Shown here piece by piece: positions 16,996 through 26,777 of a stretch of 50,162 bases of DNA. Position 1 is the first letter of the stretch. Each line of letters begins with the position of its first letter. This stretch comes from a virus. The stretch lies in the IMG/VR virus record IMGVR_UViG_3300045988_054790. The stretch is one strand, 5' to 3'. The position numbers and the translations under genes are program-made. The notes below the pieces were generated by a model, which was not told the DNA's origin, did not search any database, and worked only from the letters and a program-made list of their open reading frames with translations.

Positions 16996-17005
16996 GGCTG
17001 CCTCC

Positions 17006-17398
17006 TTACAGGTATTCCTCGATGGTCAGGCTCACCTTGCACTCCACCATCGCGCCGCCGTGCAGCACCGCGCCCCACTCGTCGCTGATGTCCGTGATCT
17101 TGAACGGATACGGCGATACCGGCGAGCCGCCCACGATGAACCAGTCCGCCGCGTTGGTCTCCGCCATGCGCTGAAAATGCCGCAGAACACTTCGCGGGTT
17201 TACCCCGTCCTGCGCCCGCAGCAAAAGATCGAACTGGTATTTCCGCAGCTTCGGGGCAATCCACTGGCTCCGCGCCCGTGCGCCTGTCCGGTTGTGGGTC
17301 GCCCAATCGCTGCCCCCTTGGCCTTTCAGCCCGCTCGGTGTCAGGATGCGCCGGTCGCTCACCGTGAACGTCATGCCCATGTAGCTTCCCAATGCCAC
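17006..17398 (-). CDS. Tail protein, P2 gpU-like
   Basis: GTG 17398 follows AAGGAGGGG. The pattern F.V...R.L.....WA.H.R.G...Q..AP...L...LRAQDG resembles the GpU family. Confidence 0.5.
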   Translation of the reverse strand: MALGSYMGMTFTVSDRRILTPSGLKGQGGSDWATHNRTGARARSQWIAPKLRKYQFDLLLRAQDGVNPRSVLRHFQRMAETNAADWFIVGGSPVSPYPFKITDISDEWGAVLHGGAMVECKVSLTIEEYL

Positions 17399-17411
17399 TT
17401 TTCGCCCCTCC

Positions 17412-18218
17412 TTACTTATCCGGCTTTCCCACCGCACCGCTCATGTGCGTGTGGTTTACGAGGCTCACGCCGTTGATGGTGATGTCCCCGCTCGCCGCCG
17501 TTGCGTTGATCTCCGGGGCCGTCAGGCTGATTTTGGTGGGGCTTCCGATCTCCACATCCCCGGCCTCCGTTACCTTGACCGTCGCGCCGTTTATGGTGAT
17601 CTCCGCGTCTCCACCCTCCACCTCGATCTTTGCGCCTTTTTTTGCGGCGAATGTGTACTTGCCTCCCGCCGTCACGCTCAAAGCGCCCGTGGCCTCGATG
17701 CTCACAAAGGTTCCGGCCTCGATGCTTACCGTTGTCCCCGCCACGATGCCAACGCCGGTTTTGGCGTTCAGGCTCATGCTGGCGGCGCTGCTCTTGGCTT
17801 GAAACTGCCCGCCCGCCACAAGGCTGATTGCGCCTTTCGCCTCGTCGTATATCTCGCCGTTGCAGTTGCGCCCCGTCCGCCGGTTCACATACTGGGTGTA
17901 AACGCCGGTGTTCTCGTCGTAGCGCTCATAAGCCAGTCCCCTTCGCGCGGCGTACTCCTTTCGGAACAGGCCCTTGTAGCCCTCCGCCGGGGTGTTGGTC
18001 TTGTTCCACACCGTTCCGGTGGTGGTTCCCGCCGCAGCTCCGTTGCTGTTGTGGCTCACGCTCACCACCTGCCCGATGCTGGGCATCTTGTACTCGCCGT
18101 TGCTGATGGCGTTGATCTGGCGGGTCACGCTTTTCCCCCGGTCAAAGTAGGTCACCTCATAAGTTCCCGCCTTATAGTCGATGGCGCTCACGCGCCCGGT
18201 TCGGTTTGTCCCCGCCAT
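17412..18218 (-). CDS. Baseplate spike/hub protein (gpV / Mu gp45-like)
   Basis: ATG 18218 forms a TAATG overlap. N-terminal OB-like GRVSAIDY...IGQVV, a beta-helical repeat region, and C-terminal VNHTHMSG. Confidence 0.7.
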   Translation of the reverse strand: MAGTNRTGRVSAIDYKAGTYEVTYFDRGKSVTRQINAISNGEYKMPSIGQVVSVSHNSNGAAAGTTTGTVWNKTNTPAEGYKGLFRKEYAARRGLAYERYDENTGVYTQYVNRRTGRNCNGEIYDEAKGAISLVAGGQFQAKSSAASMSLNAKTGVGIVAGTTVSIEAGTFVSIEATGALSVTAGGKYTFAAKKGAKIEVEGGDAEITINGATVKVTEAGDVEIGSPTKISLTAPEINATAASGDITINGVSLVNHTHMSGAVGKPDK

Positions 18219-19576
18219 TACTTTTTCGCCTCCTTGCTGGCGATGCAGTATCTCGCAGGCACCCAGCCCGTCACGTTCTGGCCGACGGGCAGCTTGCCGC
18301 ACCGCGCCGCGCTGTTGGTCACGCGGTAGCGCCCGTTGATCAGGATGCCGTCGTACAGCCAGTAGGTGCCGGTCTTGGTTCCCGCCTTGTTCTTTGCCGT
18401 ACTGGAAACATACAGCGGAGCCTTGTTCAGCGTGATCGCCTGTCCCGCCTCGCCGCCTGCCGCCGCGCTGGCCGCGCCCGCCGCCGGACTGGTGGTAGCG
18501 TAGGTGCTGTCATAGCTCACGCCGCTGTCCGCCGTCTTTTCGTGATACACGATCTTGCCGCCCACGTCCCACGAATGAAACGCTGGGCCGATACCGCTGC
18601 ACTCAAAGTCGGTGGTCAGTCCGCTTTTGGAAACCTTGTGTGTCACCTTGTCCACAAAGTATTTTCCGTTCAGGTTTCCAAAGCCTGTCAGCGCGATGCA
18701 GTTTCCCGCGCTTACCCTCCAGTCTCCGTCCACGCCGAAGCGCAGCTTCACCGTCCCGTGGTTGGCGCTGTTCAACTCCGCGCAGAGCTGGACGCTGGCA
18801 TCGTATACGCTGGTAGCCCGCCGGTTCACGCTCTTGGTGTGCGAGCCGCCGCCCACGCTGCACTCGATGTCAATGTCCTTGTCCGCGTCCGTGTAATTGA
18901 AGTACCCGCCGGTATAGGTGCCGGACAGGGTGGTGGTGTAGCCGAAGCTCCCCGGCCTGATCTGCGAGCGGTCAAAGGTGCGCACGGCCCGTTTTGCCTT
19001 GTACTTCTCCCGGTCATACACCCACAGCCGCCGGGCGTACACTTTCAGGATAAGCCCGTAGTTTTTGCACAGGCCGTTGTAGTAGCTGCTGTCTGTGCCG
19101 TCCTGCTCGTCGCACTCGATGTCGTAGTCGTCGGCATCGTAGGTGAATGCGAGGCCGTACCGTGCGGCGATCTTTGCGCCGATGCGCTTGATGCTGGTGT
19201 TCTTCCAGATCACGTCCCGCTCCAGCTCCGAAAAGTCGCTGTCGCTTGGCTTGCTCACGCCGCCCACCTGCAAGGTTGTCGGAGCGTCCGAAAAACTCAC
19301 ATCGTCCAGCACGAACAGCCCGCACTCCATGATGCTCCGCTGGCCCTGCCGTTCCCAGTTGTAGCCGAGAATACGCGCTCGCAGCGTCGCGCCCTTTTCC
19401 GGCATCCAGCCCAGCAGCCATTTCCTGTCCTGTGCGTTGATGGTGATGTCGATGCTGTCGCTGTTGTCCGCCGCGCTGTCGGTGTAGGTCAGGCTCTCGA
19501 TGTCTCCGCCCACCTGTCCGGCAAAGGGATAACTGTTGTAGCGCACATCCAGCGCCAGCCGTCTTGTCTTAATCAT
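18218..19576 (-). CDS. Late control gene D-like baseplate protein
   Basis: About 452 aa from MIKTRRLALD. Lies between the gpX-like and spike genes. Confidence 0.7.
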   Translation of the reverse strand: MIKTRRLALDVRYNSYPFAGQVGGDIESLTYTDSAADNSDSIDITINAQDRKWLLGWMPEKGATLRARILGYNWERQGQRSIMECGLFVLDDVSFSDAPTTLQVGGVSKPSDSDFSELERDVIWKNTSIKRIGAKIAARYGLAFTYDADDYDIECDEQDGTDSSYYNGLCKNYGLILKVYARRLWVYDREKYKAKRAVRTFDRSQIRPGSFGYTTTLSGTYTGGYFNYTDADKDIDIECSVGGGSHTKSVNRRATSVYDASVQLCAELNSANHGTVKLRFGVDGDWRVSAGNCIALTGFGNLNGKYFVDKVTHKVSKSGLTTDFECSGIGPAFHSWDVGGKIVYHEKTADSGVSYDSTYATTSPAAGAASAAAGGEAGQAITLNKAPLYVSSTAKNKAGTKTGTYWLYDGILINGRYRVTNSAARCGKLPVGQNVTGWVPARYCIASKEAKK

Positions 19577-19778
19577 AGCTCGCCTCATATTTCCACGGCG
19601 GCTGCAGTCCGTCCCGCTCCTCCTCCAGCGCCGGGGTGTTCAGCTCCACCCCGGCGTTGAAGATAAACGTGTCGATCTCCTGCGGATTGGCCGCCATCAG
19701 CACGTCGGCATGGTACTCGCTGCCGTATACCTCCTTGGCGATCACATCCCATGTGTCGCCGCTCTTGGTCGTGTACAT
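19569..19778 (-). CDS. LysM-like tail protein X
   Basis: MYTTKSGDTWDVIAKEVYGSEYHADVLMAANP...; ATG 19778 follows GGGAGG. Confidence 0.7.
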   Translation of the reverse strand: MYTTKSGDTWDVIAKEVYGSEYHADVLMAANPQEIDTFIFNAGVELNTPALEEERDGLQPPWKYEASYD

Positions 19779-19792
19779 CGCGTTTCCTCCCG

Positions 19793-22700
19793 TCAGTATG
19801 CCGTGCGGGCCTGTCTGCGCTGCATCTGGAGATACCACGCTTCAAACCGTGCCTGCGCCTCGGCCAGAGCTTCCTCCACCATGCCCCGGTCGGCGCTGCC
19901 CTGAATATTGATCACCGGCGCAAAGGTCATGCTGCCTCCGCCGCCGGAGCTGCCGCCGTCGATTTCCGCCAGCTCCACCGGCTTCACGCCCAGCATTTGC
20001 CCGGCCTTGGCCCAGATGTCCAGATTGTCCCGTCGGGCCGCCCGCTGGAAGCTGATCACCGCCTCCGTCCCGGCCTCGCCCGCGATGCTTGTGCCGTTGG
20101 TAAAGCCGCCTCGCGCAAGCATGGGGATTTCCGGTATGTTGATGGAGAACGACTTGCCGCCCAGCAGCGGCACCCAGTCCGGGATGGTGATGCCGAGACT
20201 GTTGATGCCTGCGATGGCCTTGTTGATCAGGGCGATCACCGCGTTGATAGGTGTCTTGAATAGAGCGCCCAGCGTATCGAAGATGCCCACGAAAATGGAT
20301 TTCACACCCTCCCATGCCATACGCCAGTTGCCGGAGAACACGCCGGTGATGAAGTTGATCACGCCCTCAAAGATGGTCTTGACCCCGTTGATTGCACTGC
20401 TGATGCCCTCGGCAAAGACACCGATGGCAGCCAGCACCGCCGGAACCACTACCTGACCAATGTGCATCAGCACCGTGATCACCGTCTGAATGATCGGCAT
20501 AAGGAACTGGATGGCCTCGCCGATGATCTGCGCCACCGTCATGACCACGGAACCCACGCCGCTGATGATGGAGGCGATGGATGGAGCTGCCGCCGTGATG
20601 GTTTGCAGAATGACCGGCACCACCGTCTGCGTGATAAAGCTGAATATGCCCTCGATGATGGGCCGCACCGTCGTCTGCGAAAAGGTCACGAGCTGTCCGA
20701 TCACACCCATCACCGATTGCAGGATGGTGGTGATGCCGCCAAAGGCCGCGCCCGCGTTCTCACCGAACAGATTGGTGATACTCTCTTGCAGCGGTTGCAG
20801 CACCTTGGCCACGCCGCCGTCCTCAAACAGTCCCAGCAGCGCGTCCTTGAACACCGTAAATTTTTCCAGCCCGGTATCGCCGAACACCCGCTGCACGATC
20901 TTGTCCAGCCCGCCGAACTTGTCCGTCAGGATGCTCACCACGGCGATGATGCCGGAGATCACGCCCACAATAGGCAGCGCCCCGGACAGCAGACTGCCGA
21001 GGCCGCCAGCAATAGGGCCATAGATGCTCCCCAGCAGACCGGCCCCGCCGCTGAATATGCTCCCGACAGCTTTTCCGGCACCGGAGTTTGCGATGCCGCT
21101 TACCACGCCGCCAGCTTTCCCCAACAGGCCGGAAAGGCCCTGCTGGAAGATGCTGCCCTGAATGGTAGCCGCTGCTCCGATGCCTGCGATGCCCTGCCGC
21201 AGCGGCATGGTCAGCTTACCCAGCGCACCGCCCGCCTTGCCCATAAGGCCGCCCGCGAATTGTCCGGCCTTGCTGTTGGCGAACAGCCCGCCGAGATTGC
21301 CGAGGGACGAGCCGATGCCGCCCAGCCATTGCGCGGTCTTGCTGTTTCCGATTGCGCCCCGCAGGACGCTCCCCGCGCTTTGGTAGCCGGACAACAGCCC
21401 CGGCGTTCCCGCCGCCGCGCTCAAAAGTCCTGTGGTTCCCTTGATGCCGTTTCCACCGATCAGACTGGAGATTGCCGCCCCCAGCGTCGTGCGGAAGCCG
21501 TTGCTTCCCGATGCGCCCCGGAACGCAGAGAAAAGCCCCGCGCCCGCCGCGCCCGCGCTCTGGCCGCTCTTGAACAGGCCCGCAAGTTCGCCCTTTCCGC
21601 CGGAGAAAATAGCCTCCGCCGCCGGGGCGAACTTCATGCCAACAAACGCCGCCGCCATGCCGCCCAGCACACGCACCACCTGTTCGCCGTTGTTGATCAG
21701 GTAGTCAAGTCCCTTTTGGATGTACGGCAGCGCCGTGTCCATAGCGCTTCCCAGGTTCTCCACGCCCCGGCTCGCCAGCGTTCCCAAGCTCTCTGCAAGC
21801 TGCGTCAGCTCCGGCATATTCTTTCGGATGCTGTTCAGAAAGTCGATCATGGAGAGATTGAACTGCTTTTTCGCCGGGAGGAACGCATCGCCGATCTCGA
21901 TTTTCAGCGCCGTCTTGGTGCTTTTCAGCATGGTCTCGATGGCCTCCGGGGTCTGCGATTTGATGTTAAACTCCCGCTCCATGCTTCCCGTGTACAGACT
22001 TGGGTCGCTCACCATTTCCAGCGCCTTTCTGTACACATCGAGATTGTTGACGATCTTTGCGCCGCCCTCAATGGCCCATTGGCCGAACAGGGTGGACAGC
22101 GCCGCTACCTGTCGCTCCTGCGGCAGATCGTTGATGGCCTTGAAGATGGTATCCAGCGTTCCTACGCTGTCCTCCTGCATGGCCTTGGCGACCCACTCCG
22201 CGCTCATGCCCAGCTCCTCGAACTGTTCTTTCTGGGCTTTCGTCGCACTTGCGCCCTTGCTCAAATTCACGATCATGCGCTTGATGCTGGTGCCGACGCG
22301 ATCAGTCGATACGCCCGTTGCCAGCATGGCATCCGCCAGCGCCGCCGTTGTGGCCGCGCTCACGCCGCCCACTTGGCCGAGGCTTGCCGCCGAATTGACC
22401 GCCTCCGCGATCTCCGCCGCCGTGGTCGCGCTGTTTGCGCCCAGATAGTTGATCTGGTCAAAGAGCACCATGACCTCCTCGTGGGTCATTTTTAGCGATT
22501 GCTCCCACTTGGCAGCCCAGTTGCCCGCCTGATCGGCGCTGATGTCCATGGCCGCGCCAGTCATGGCGATATCCCGCAGGAAGCCGGTAACATTGCCGGA
22601 AGCATCGACCTTGATCAAATCCTCCATGGCTTTGCCGGACTGTCCCGCCGCAGCGGCGAGGCGTGTCAAATCCTCCTGCGTATAGGGGATTTGTGTGCTT

Positions 22701-23050
22701 AAATCCTTGATCGCGTCCTTCATGGCCTCGTAGTTCTGCGCGTAGGTCTTACCGTTATCCGCCACCTTGTCACTGATCTTTCCGGTAGCATCTGCCAGAC
22801 CGTCCACATACTTGACCACATCCGCCATGTAGTTTTCAAACTTCGCCGCTTCCTTGGTGCAGCTTGCGATGGTTGCCACAGTCGCCGTTGCCAGCGTCCC
22901 CATGGCCGCAAGTCCCGCCGTTCCGATGGAGCTGATGCTGCGGGCAAAGCTGCTGATCTGGCTCTGGCTCCCGTTCAGTGCCGCCATCAGGCTTTTGTCC
23001 ATCTTGCCGGCGATCTTGATGCTTAACTCTAATGTTTTATTGTTCGCCAT
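19793..23050 (-). CDS. Tail tape measure protein
   Basis: 1085 aa, Gly/Ala-rich with a long helical N-terminus. Follows the frameshifted chaperone. Confidence 0.9.
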   Translation of the reverse strand: MANNKTLELSIKIAGKMDKSLMAALNGSQSQISSFARSISSIGTAGLAAMGTLATATVATIASCTKEAAKFENYMADVVKYVDGLADATGKISDKVADNGKTYAQNYEAMKDAIKDLSTQIPYTQEDLTRLAAAAGQSGKAMEDLIKVDASGNVTGFLRDIAMTGAAMDISADQAGNWAAKWEQSLKMTHEEVMVLFDQINYLGANSATTAAEIAEAVNSAASLGQVGGVSAATTAALADAMLATGVSTDRVGTSIKRMIVNLSKGASATKAQKEQFEELGMSAEWVAKAMQEDSVGTLDTIFKAINDLPQERQVAALSTLFGQWAIEGGAKIVNNLDVYRKALEMVSDPSLYTGSMEREFNIKSQTPEAIETMLKSTKTALKIEIGDAFLPAKKQFNLSMIDFLNSIRKNMPELTQLAESLGTLASRGVENLGSAMDTALPYIQKGLDYLINNGEQVVRVLGGMAAAFVGMKFAPAAEAIFSGGKGELAGLFKSGQSAGAAGAGLFSAFRGASGSNGFRTTLGAAISSLIGGNGIKGTTGLLSAAAGTPGLLSGYQSAGSVLRGAIGNSKTAQWLGGIGSSLGNLGGLFANSKAGQFAGGLMGKAGGALGKLTMPLRQGIAGIGAAATIQGSIFQQGLSGLLGKAGGVVSGIANSGAGKAVGSIFSGGAGLLGSIYGPIAGGLGSLLSGALPIVGVISGIIAVVSILTDKFGGLDKIVQRVFGDTGLEKFTVFKDALLGLFEDGGVAKVLQPLQESITNLFGENAGAAFGGITTILQSVMGVIGQLVTFSQTTVRPIIEGIFSFITQTVVPVILQTITAAAPSIASIISGVGSVVMTVAQIIGEAIQFLMPIIQTVITVLMHIGQVVVPAVLAAIGVFAEGISSAINGVKTIFEGVINFITGVFSGNWRMAWEGVKSIFVGIFDTLGALFKTPINAVIALINKAIAGINSLGITIPDWVPLLGGKSFSINIPEIPMLARGGFTNGTSIAGEAGTEAVISFQRAARRDNLDIWAKAGQMLGVKPVELAEIDGGSSGGGGSMTFAPVINIQGSADRGMVEEALAEAQARFEAWYLQMQRRQARTAY

Positions 23051-23819
23051 TCCTCCGCCACCTCGCTATTCAGCTCAATAAAGTCCCGGACAGGCATTTT
23101 CAGATAGAAGTCCACGCCCGTCCGTGTCACCGAGGACAGCCGGATAGCCGCTTTCCGCAGGGCCTTGGCTCCGCCCTTTATCCGAAAAAATCCGCGTCGT
23201 TCACCGCGTTTTTCAGTTTCAGCAGCTCATGCAGAGGCAGCGTGGTAAAGAACTCCTCCGGGATGCCCGTCGCCATGGCGGCGATCACGCAGGAGTACAG
23301 ATAGTTGGTGCTGTTCTCCGTCACCACAAAGCCCTCGCGGGCCATGCGGTTCTCCGCCTCGCTCTCATTCAGCGTGTTCAGGTCTGCCACGCCGTTCAGG
23401 TCGATGTCCCGGTACTCCTTGCCCTTGTAATGGCGCGGCTGCTCCAGATGCATCACATGGTTTTCTGTTCTGCTCTCCACGTTCAGGTGTCTGCGCACCG
23501 CACCTGCCACGCGCTTGAAAGCGCCGCGAGGCATCAGCTTGAAAAACTCAATGGGCATCCCGGTTGCCTTGACCGCCATGGCGCGGGCAAATGCTGTTGT
23601 GGTCTCGCACAGCACCGAGGCCGCCGCCTCGCCCTCGCCGAAAAGCTGCCGCTGCACGTCGATAGCGTCCTGCACGGTCAGCTTCTCCAGCCCCGTCAGG
23701 TCGATCTCTCCGTACTCCTTGCCCTCGAACACGTAGGGCTTTGCCAGCTCCACGATGTTCTCGCTCTTTTTTGTCCCCTCGTTTGCGGTCTCCGCCGCCG
23801 TGATCTTGTCCTCTGCCAT
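23029..23819 (-). CDS. Tail assembly chaperone, -1 frameshift-extended form (gpE+E'-like)
   Basis: After slippage at TTTTTTC, the -1 frame reads RIKGGAKALRKAAIRLSSVTRTGVDFYLKMPVRDFIELNSEVAEEWRTIKH and stops at 23029-23031, overlapping the tape-measure start. Confidence 0.65.
23178..23819 (-). CDS. Tail assembly chaperone (gpE-like), internally duplicated
   Basis: 213 aa. Two homologous halves (GKEYGEIDLTG...ATGMPIEFF and GKEYRDIDLNG...ATGIPEEFF). Confidence 0.8.
   Translation of the reverse strand: MAEDKITAAETANEGTKKSENIVELAKPYVFEGKEYGEIDLTGLEKLTVQDAIDVQRQLFGEGEAAASVLCETTTAFARAMAVKATGMPIEFFKLMPRGAFKRVAGAVRRHLNVESRTENHVMHLEQPRHYKGKEYRDIDLNGVADLNTLNESEAENRMAREGFVVTENSTNYLYSCVIAAMATGIPEEFFTTLPLHELLKLKNAVNDADFFG
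23184..23190 (-). promoter_or_regulatory. -1 programmed frameshift slippery heptamer T_TTT_TTC
   Basis: GAT TTT TTC GGA TAA at the end of the chaperone ORF. The position is analogous to P2 E/E'. Confidence 0.65.
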
Positions 23820-23910
23820 TGGTGTTCGCTCCTTTCAGCGTCGTTTCGTTGTGTGAAAACACGGCCCGCCCCCCGTTTGCGCAGGGACAGGCCGTATTGT
23901 TTTTCGCCCG

Positions 23911-24435
23911 TTAGATCAGGCTGTTCACGCCCGCCAGCATATCCGTGCCGTTGACCTTGTAGATGCCGTTGAGCTTGTCAACCTCCAAGAGCTGCTGGCC
24001 GTCCACCTCGATCATCAGGTAGGTCAGCTCCAGCGTCACGGTGGCCTCCATGGCCTCGCCCTTTTCCACCTTGCCGGGGTTGAACTTCTTCACGCGCCCG
24101 ATCTCCACCACGCGCAGGCCCTTGAAGTTGTAGCCGCCCTGCTTGTCGTAGACCTGCTGCGAGGCTCGCAGCGTCAGGTTCACCGTGGACAGGGGAGAGA
24201 GCATATCCATTGCGGAGCTGTAGAGCGTGTTGAACTGGATTTCCTGCTCCATGCTCTCAAACTGGCCGATGGTGGGACTGTCCAGCTCGCCGTTCACGCC
24301 CACACCGGAAACGGTGCTGGTTTTCATGTTGACCTCCGGCAGCGTCACCGACGCGGCCACGCCGATCATTTTTGTGCCGTCCAGATAGGCGTTATACTCG
24401 TTGATCTTCTCCGGGATATAGTTGTTGGAAATCAT
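23911..24435 (-). CDS. Major tail tube protein
   Basis: 174 aa, immediately downstream of the sheath gene. Has an FII-like pattern. Confidence 0.8.
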   Translation of the reverse strand: MISNNYIPEKINEYNAYLDGTKMIGVAASVTLPEVNMKTSTVSGVGVNGELDSPTIGQFESMEQEIQFNTLYSSAMDMLSPLSTVNLTLRASQQVYDKQGGYNFKGLRVVEIGRVKKFNPGKVEKGEAMEATVTLELTYLMIEVDGQQLLEVDKLNGIYKVNGTDMLAGVNSLI

Positions 24436-24453
24436 CTTCTTTTCCCTCCCTTA

Positions 24454-25902
24454 TCAGTTCAGCGCGGCGGAAAGAGCGTCGGGGTCAAACTCGATGATGT
24501 CCTCGATGTCCTCCGCAGGGGTGAACGGGGTGATGTACTGGTGGAACGTGATCTTGCCGTCCAGCAGGTCAGCGGTGGTGTTCTCGTCCTCGTTGAACGT
24601 GATCTCATAGCGGGCGCACACGCCGCGAGCCACAAAGCCGTTGCCGCGCACGTTCTCGCTGTCCACGATGGCCTCGATCAGCCGCTTGTTGGCGGGGCTG
24701 TCCACTTTCTGGAAGTAGGTCAGGATAAACGTGTTGGCCGCCCACGTCAGGAAGCGGCGGACGCTGAACCAGCGGTCTTTCGGGTCGCTGATGCCGGGGT
24801 AGGCCGCCGTGTTGTTGCCCCACAGGCGGAAGCCGTTCATGTTCAGCCACGTCGCCACGCCGAAGCTGTTCACGGTGTTGGCCTGCTCCTGATCAAGCAC
24901 CACCTCCGTGCCATCTTCAAGGCAGGCGGCAGAAACGGCGATGGTCTTGTTGCTGGGGCTGACGTTGGGTGTGTCGTCGTTCTGCGCGTCGGTGTAGGCT
25001 GTCAGCGCCGCCGCCAGTGCGCTGCCGCTGTACACCGTGTTGCCCACCTTGGCAAATGGCCACACCGCATAGGCGTTGGGGTCGCTCACCGCCTGCGCCT
25101 CCTTGGTGGTCTTGACGGCGGTGTACTTGGTCGCGCCGGTGTTGCTGCAGTCGATGTCCACAACGCACACCGCACCGAACACGCTGTTGATGCTCTTGGT
25201 CTTGGCCTGCAAGGCTGCCGCCACCGTCGCGTCCTTGCTGAAACGCGGGGCCAGCAGGATGCCGGGTGTCATGGACAGCTTCGGATAGACCTGACGCACC
25301 ACCTCAAGGCCGGTCTCCTTGCCTGTGGAGCTGTCCACGCCGCCCACGATGTCCGCCGCCGTCACCTTGCTGGGGTCGATCTTGTTGCCGGTCACGGTCA
25401 GGCTCGTTGCTTCCTTACCCGCGCCGGTGGAAAGCACCACGATATTCAGCGTACCGTCGTCGTTCCATGTGGTGGTGTAGTCCGTGCCTGCGGTCAGCGT
25501 GTTGGAACCGCTCTTGACGGTCAGCCCCTCCAGCAGAACGCCCGTTTCCTCCAGCACAGCCACGCCGTCGTTCACCTGAATGGTGCCGCCGGTGATGGCG
25601 ACCTTGTGCTTGGCCGGGTCAAGCACGTTGATCAGCACCATGGGCGCAATGCCCACAACGCTGAAATTCGCGCTGATGCACTCGCAGAGGGTGTAGCTGG
25701 CGAAGTCAGGCAAATAGCCCACCGCCTCCACGGCCTCCTTGTAGCTGTTCACCAGCAGCGGCACGTTGACTGCCGCCGCCGGGTCTTTGAGCATATTCAC
25801 CGGGGCGGTGCCTACGATCACCTGCAAGCCCGCCGTGCCGGTAATGGGCGCGACCATGCTGGTCGCAACCTCGCTCGTGTATACGCCGTGTTTGTATGCC
25901 AT
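24454..25902 (-). CDS. Contractile tail sheath protein
   Basis: 482 aa. MAYKHGVYTSEV N-terminus typical of sheath proteins. Confidence 0.9.
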   Translation of the reverse strand: MAYKHGVYTSEVATSMVAPITGTAGLQVIVGTAPVNMLKDPAAAVNVPLLVNSYKEAVEAVGYLPDFASYTLCECISANFSVVGIAPMVLINVLDPAKHKVAITGGTIQVNDGVAVLEETGVLLEGLTVKSGSNTLTAGTDYTTTWNDDGTLNIVVLSTGAGKEATSLTVTGNKIDPSKVTAADIVGGVDSSTGKETGLEVVRQVYPKLSMTPGILLAPRFSKDATVAAALQAKTKSINSVFGAVCVVDIDCSNTGATKYTAVKTTKEAQAVSDPNAYAVWPFAKVGNTVYSGSALAAALTAYTDAQNDDTPNVSPSNKTIAVSAACLEDGTEVVLDQEQANTVNSFGVATWLNMNGFRLWGNNTAAYPGISDPKDRWFSVRRFLTWAANTFILTYFQKVDSPANKRLIEAIVDSENVRGNGFVARGVCARYEITFNEDENTTADLLDGKITFHQYITPFTPAEDIEDIIEFDPDALSAALN

Positions 25903-25917
25903 AGTCTTTCTTCCTCC

Positions 25918-26250
25918 TTACAGTTCGGATTTGATTTTGCCGTACAGAATGGCCTCCGCCGTTCCTGCGGTCTCCAGCCGCTTTCTCGTCTCGGCAAAGT
26001 GCTTCACGTCCACCACCAGCGCCCCGGCCTCCGGGTGAATGGCGATGAACGCCTCCAGCGCCTCCGGGATGCCGCCGCGAAACACCGTGTACTGCTTGGC
26101 AACGCCGCGCACCGTGGGGCCGCAGTAAACCTGCGTCACGTCTGCTTTCTCCCGCTCCGTGGCCGCAGTCTCGGCAGCAGTCTCCGCCTCCGGGATGGTT
26201 ACCTCGCTCACAGCGGCATCCGCCGCCAGCTTATCGCTTCTCTTACTCAT
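25918..26250 (-). CDS. Hypothetical structural-module protein (110 aa)
   Basis: ATG 26250 forms an ATGA overlap and is preceded by GGAGGAG. Confidence 0.55.
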   Translation of the reverse strand: MSKRSDKLAADAAVSEVTIPEAETAAETAATEREKADVTQVYCGPTVRGVAKQYTVFRGGIPEALEAFIAIHPEAGALVVDVKHFAETRKRLETAGTAEAILYGKIKSEL

Positions 26251-26774
26251 ACCAGCTCCTCCATTTCTGTGTCCTGTGTCATGGCCGGTGCGGTGCAGGT
26301 CAGCGAACACGCCCCGAAGTAGTACGGGTAGGTGTCGTCCTGCTGCATGGCCCACGCGATGGGCTTCAGCACAGTGAATGCCCCGCCGAAATACGGCTTG
26401 GTGCATAACCGCTGCACGATGTCCTCCTTGATGTTGGCAACATCCTGATAGCCCTCTCGCTCCTTGCCCTCGTCGTAGGCGCACACGATCAGGCTGAACT
26501 CAACCGCCTGCGGCCCGTCGTCGTTCTTGATCTCGCCTCCGGTCATGCGCACAACGATGTACGGGGCCGCCGCCGCGTCCGTGTCCACATCCGCGTCATA
26601 GTCCTCCGGCACCGGCAAATCCTGCTTGAAGATTTTCAGCTCCTTGCGGCTCTGCTGGCCGTTGTACTTCTTTCCGGCGAAAAGCTCCTCCAGCGTTTCG
26701 ATCAGCGCGTCTTGGCAGAGCTGGGGAGTTCGCCCGATGCCTGCGGCCCTCACCGCGTCCATATAGTTCTTCAT
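26247..26774 (-). CDS. Hypothetical neck/tail-completion protein
   Basis: 175 aa. Lies between the head-completion and sheath genes. Confidence 0.5.
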   Translation of the reverse strand: MKNYMDAVRAAGIGRTPQLCQDALIETLEELFAGKKYNGQQSRKELKIFKQDLPVPEDYDADVDTDAAAAPYIVVRMTGGEIKNDDGPQAVEFSLIVCAYDEGKEREGYQDVANIKEDIVQRLCTKPYFGGAFTVLKPIAWAMQQDDTYPYYFGACSLTCTAPAMTQDTEMEELV

Positions 26775-26777
26775 GGC

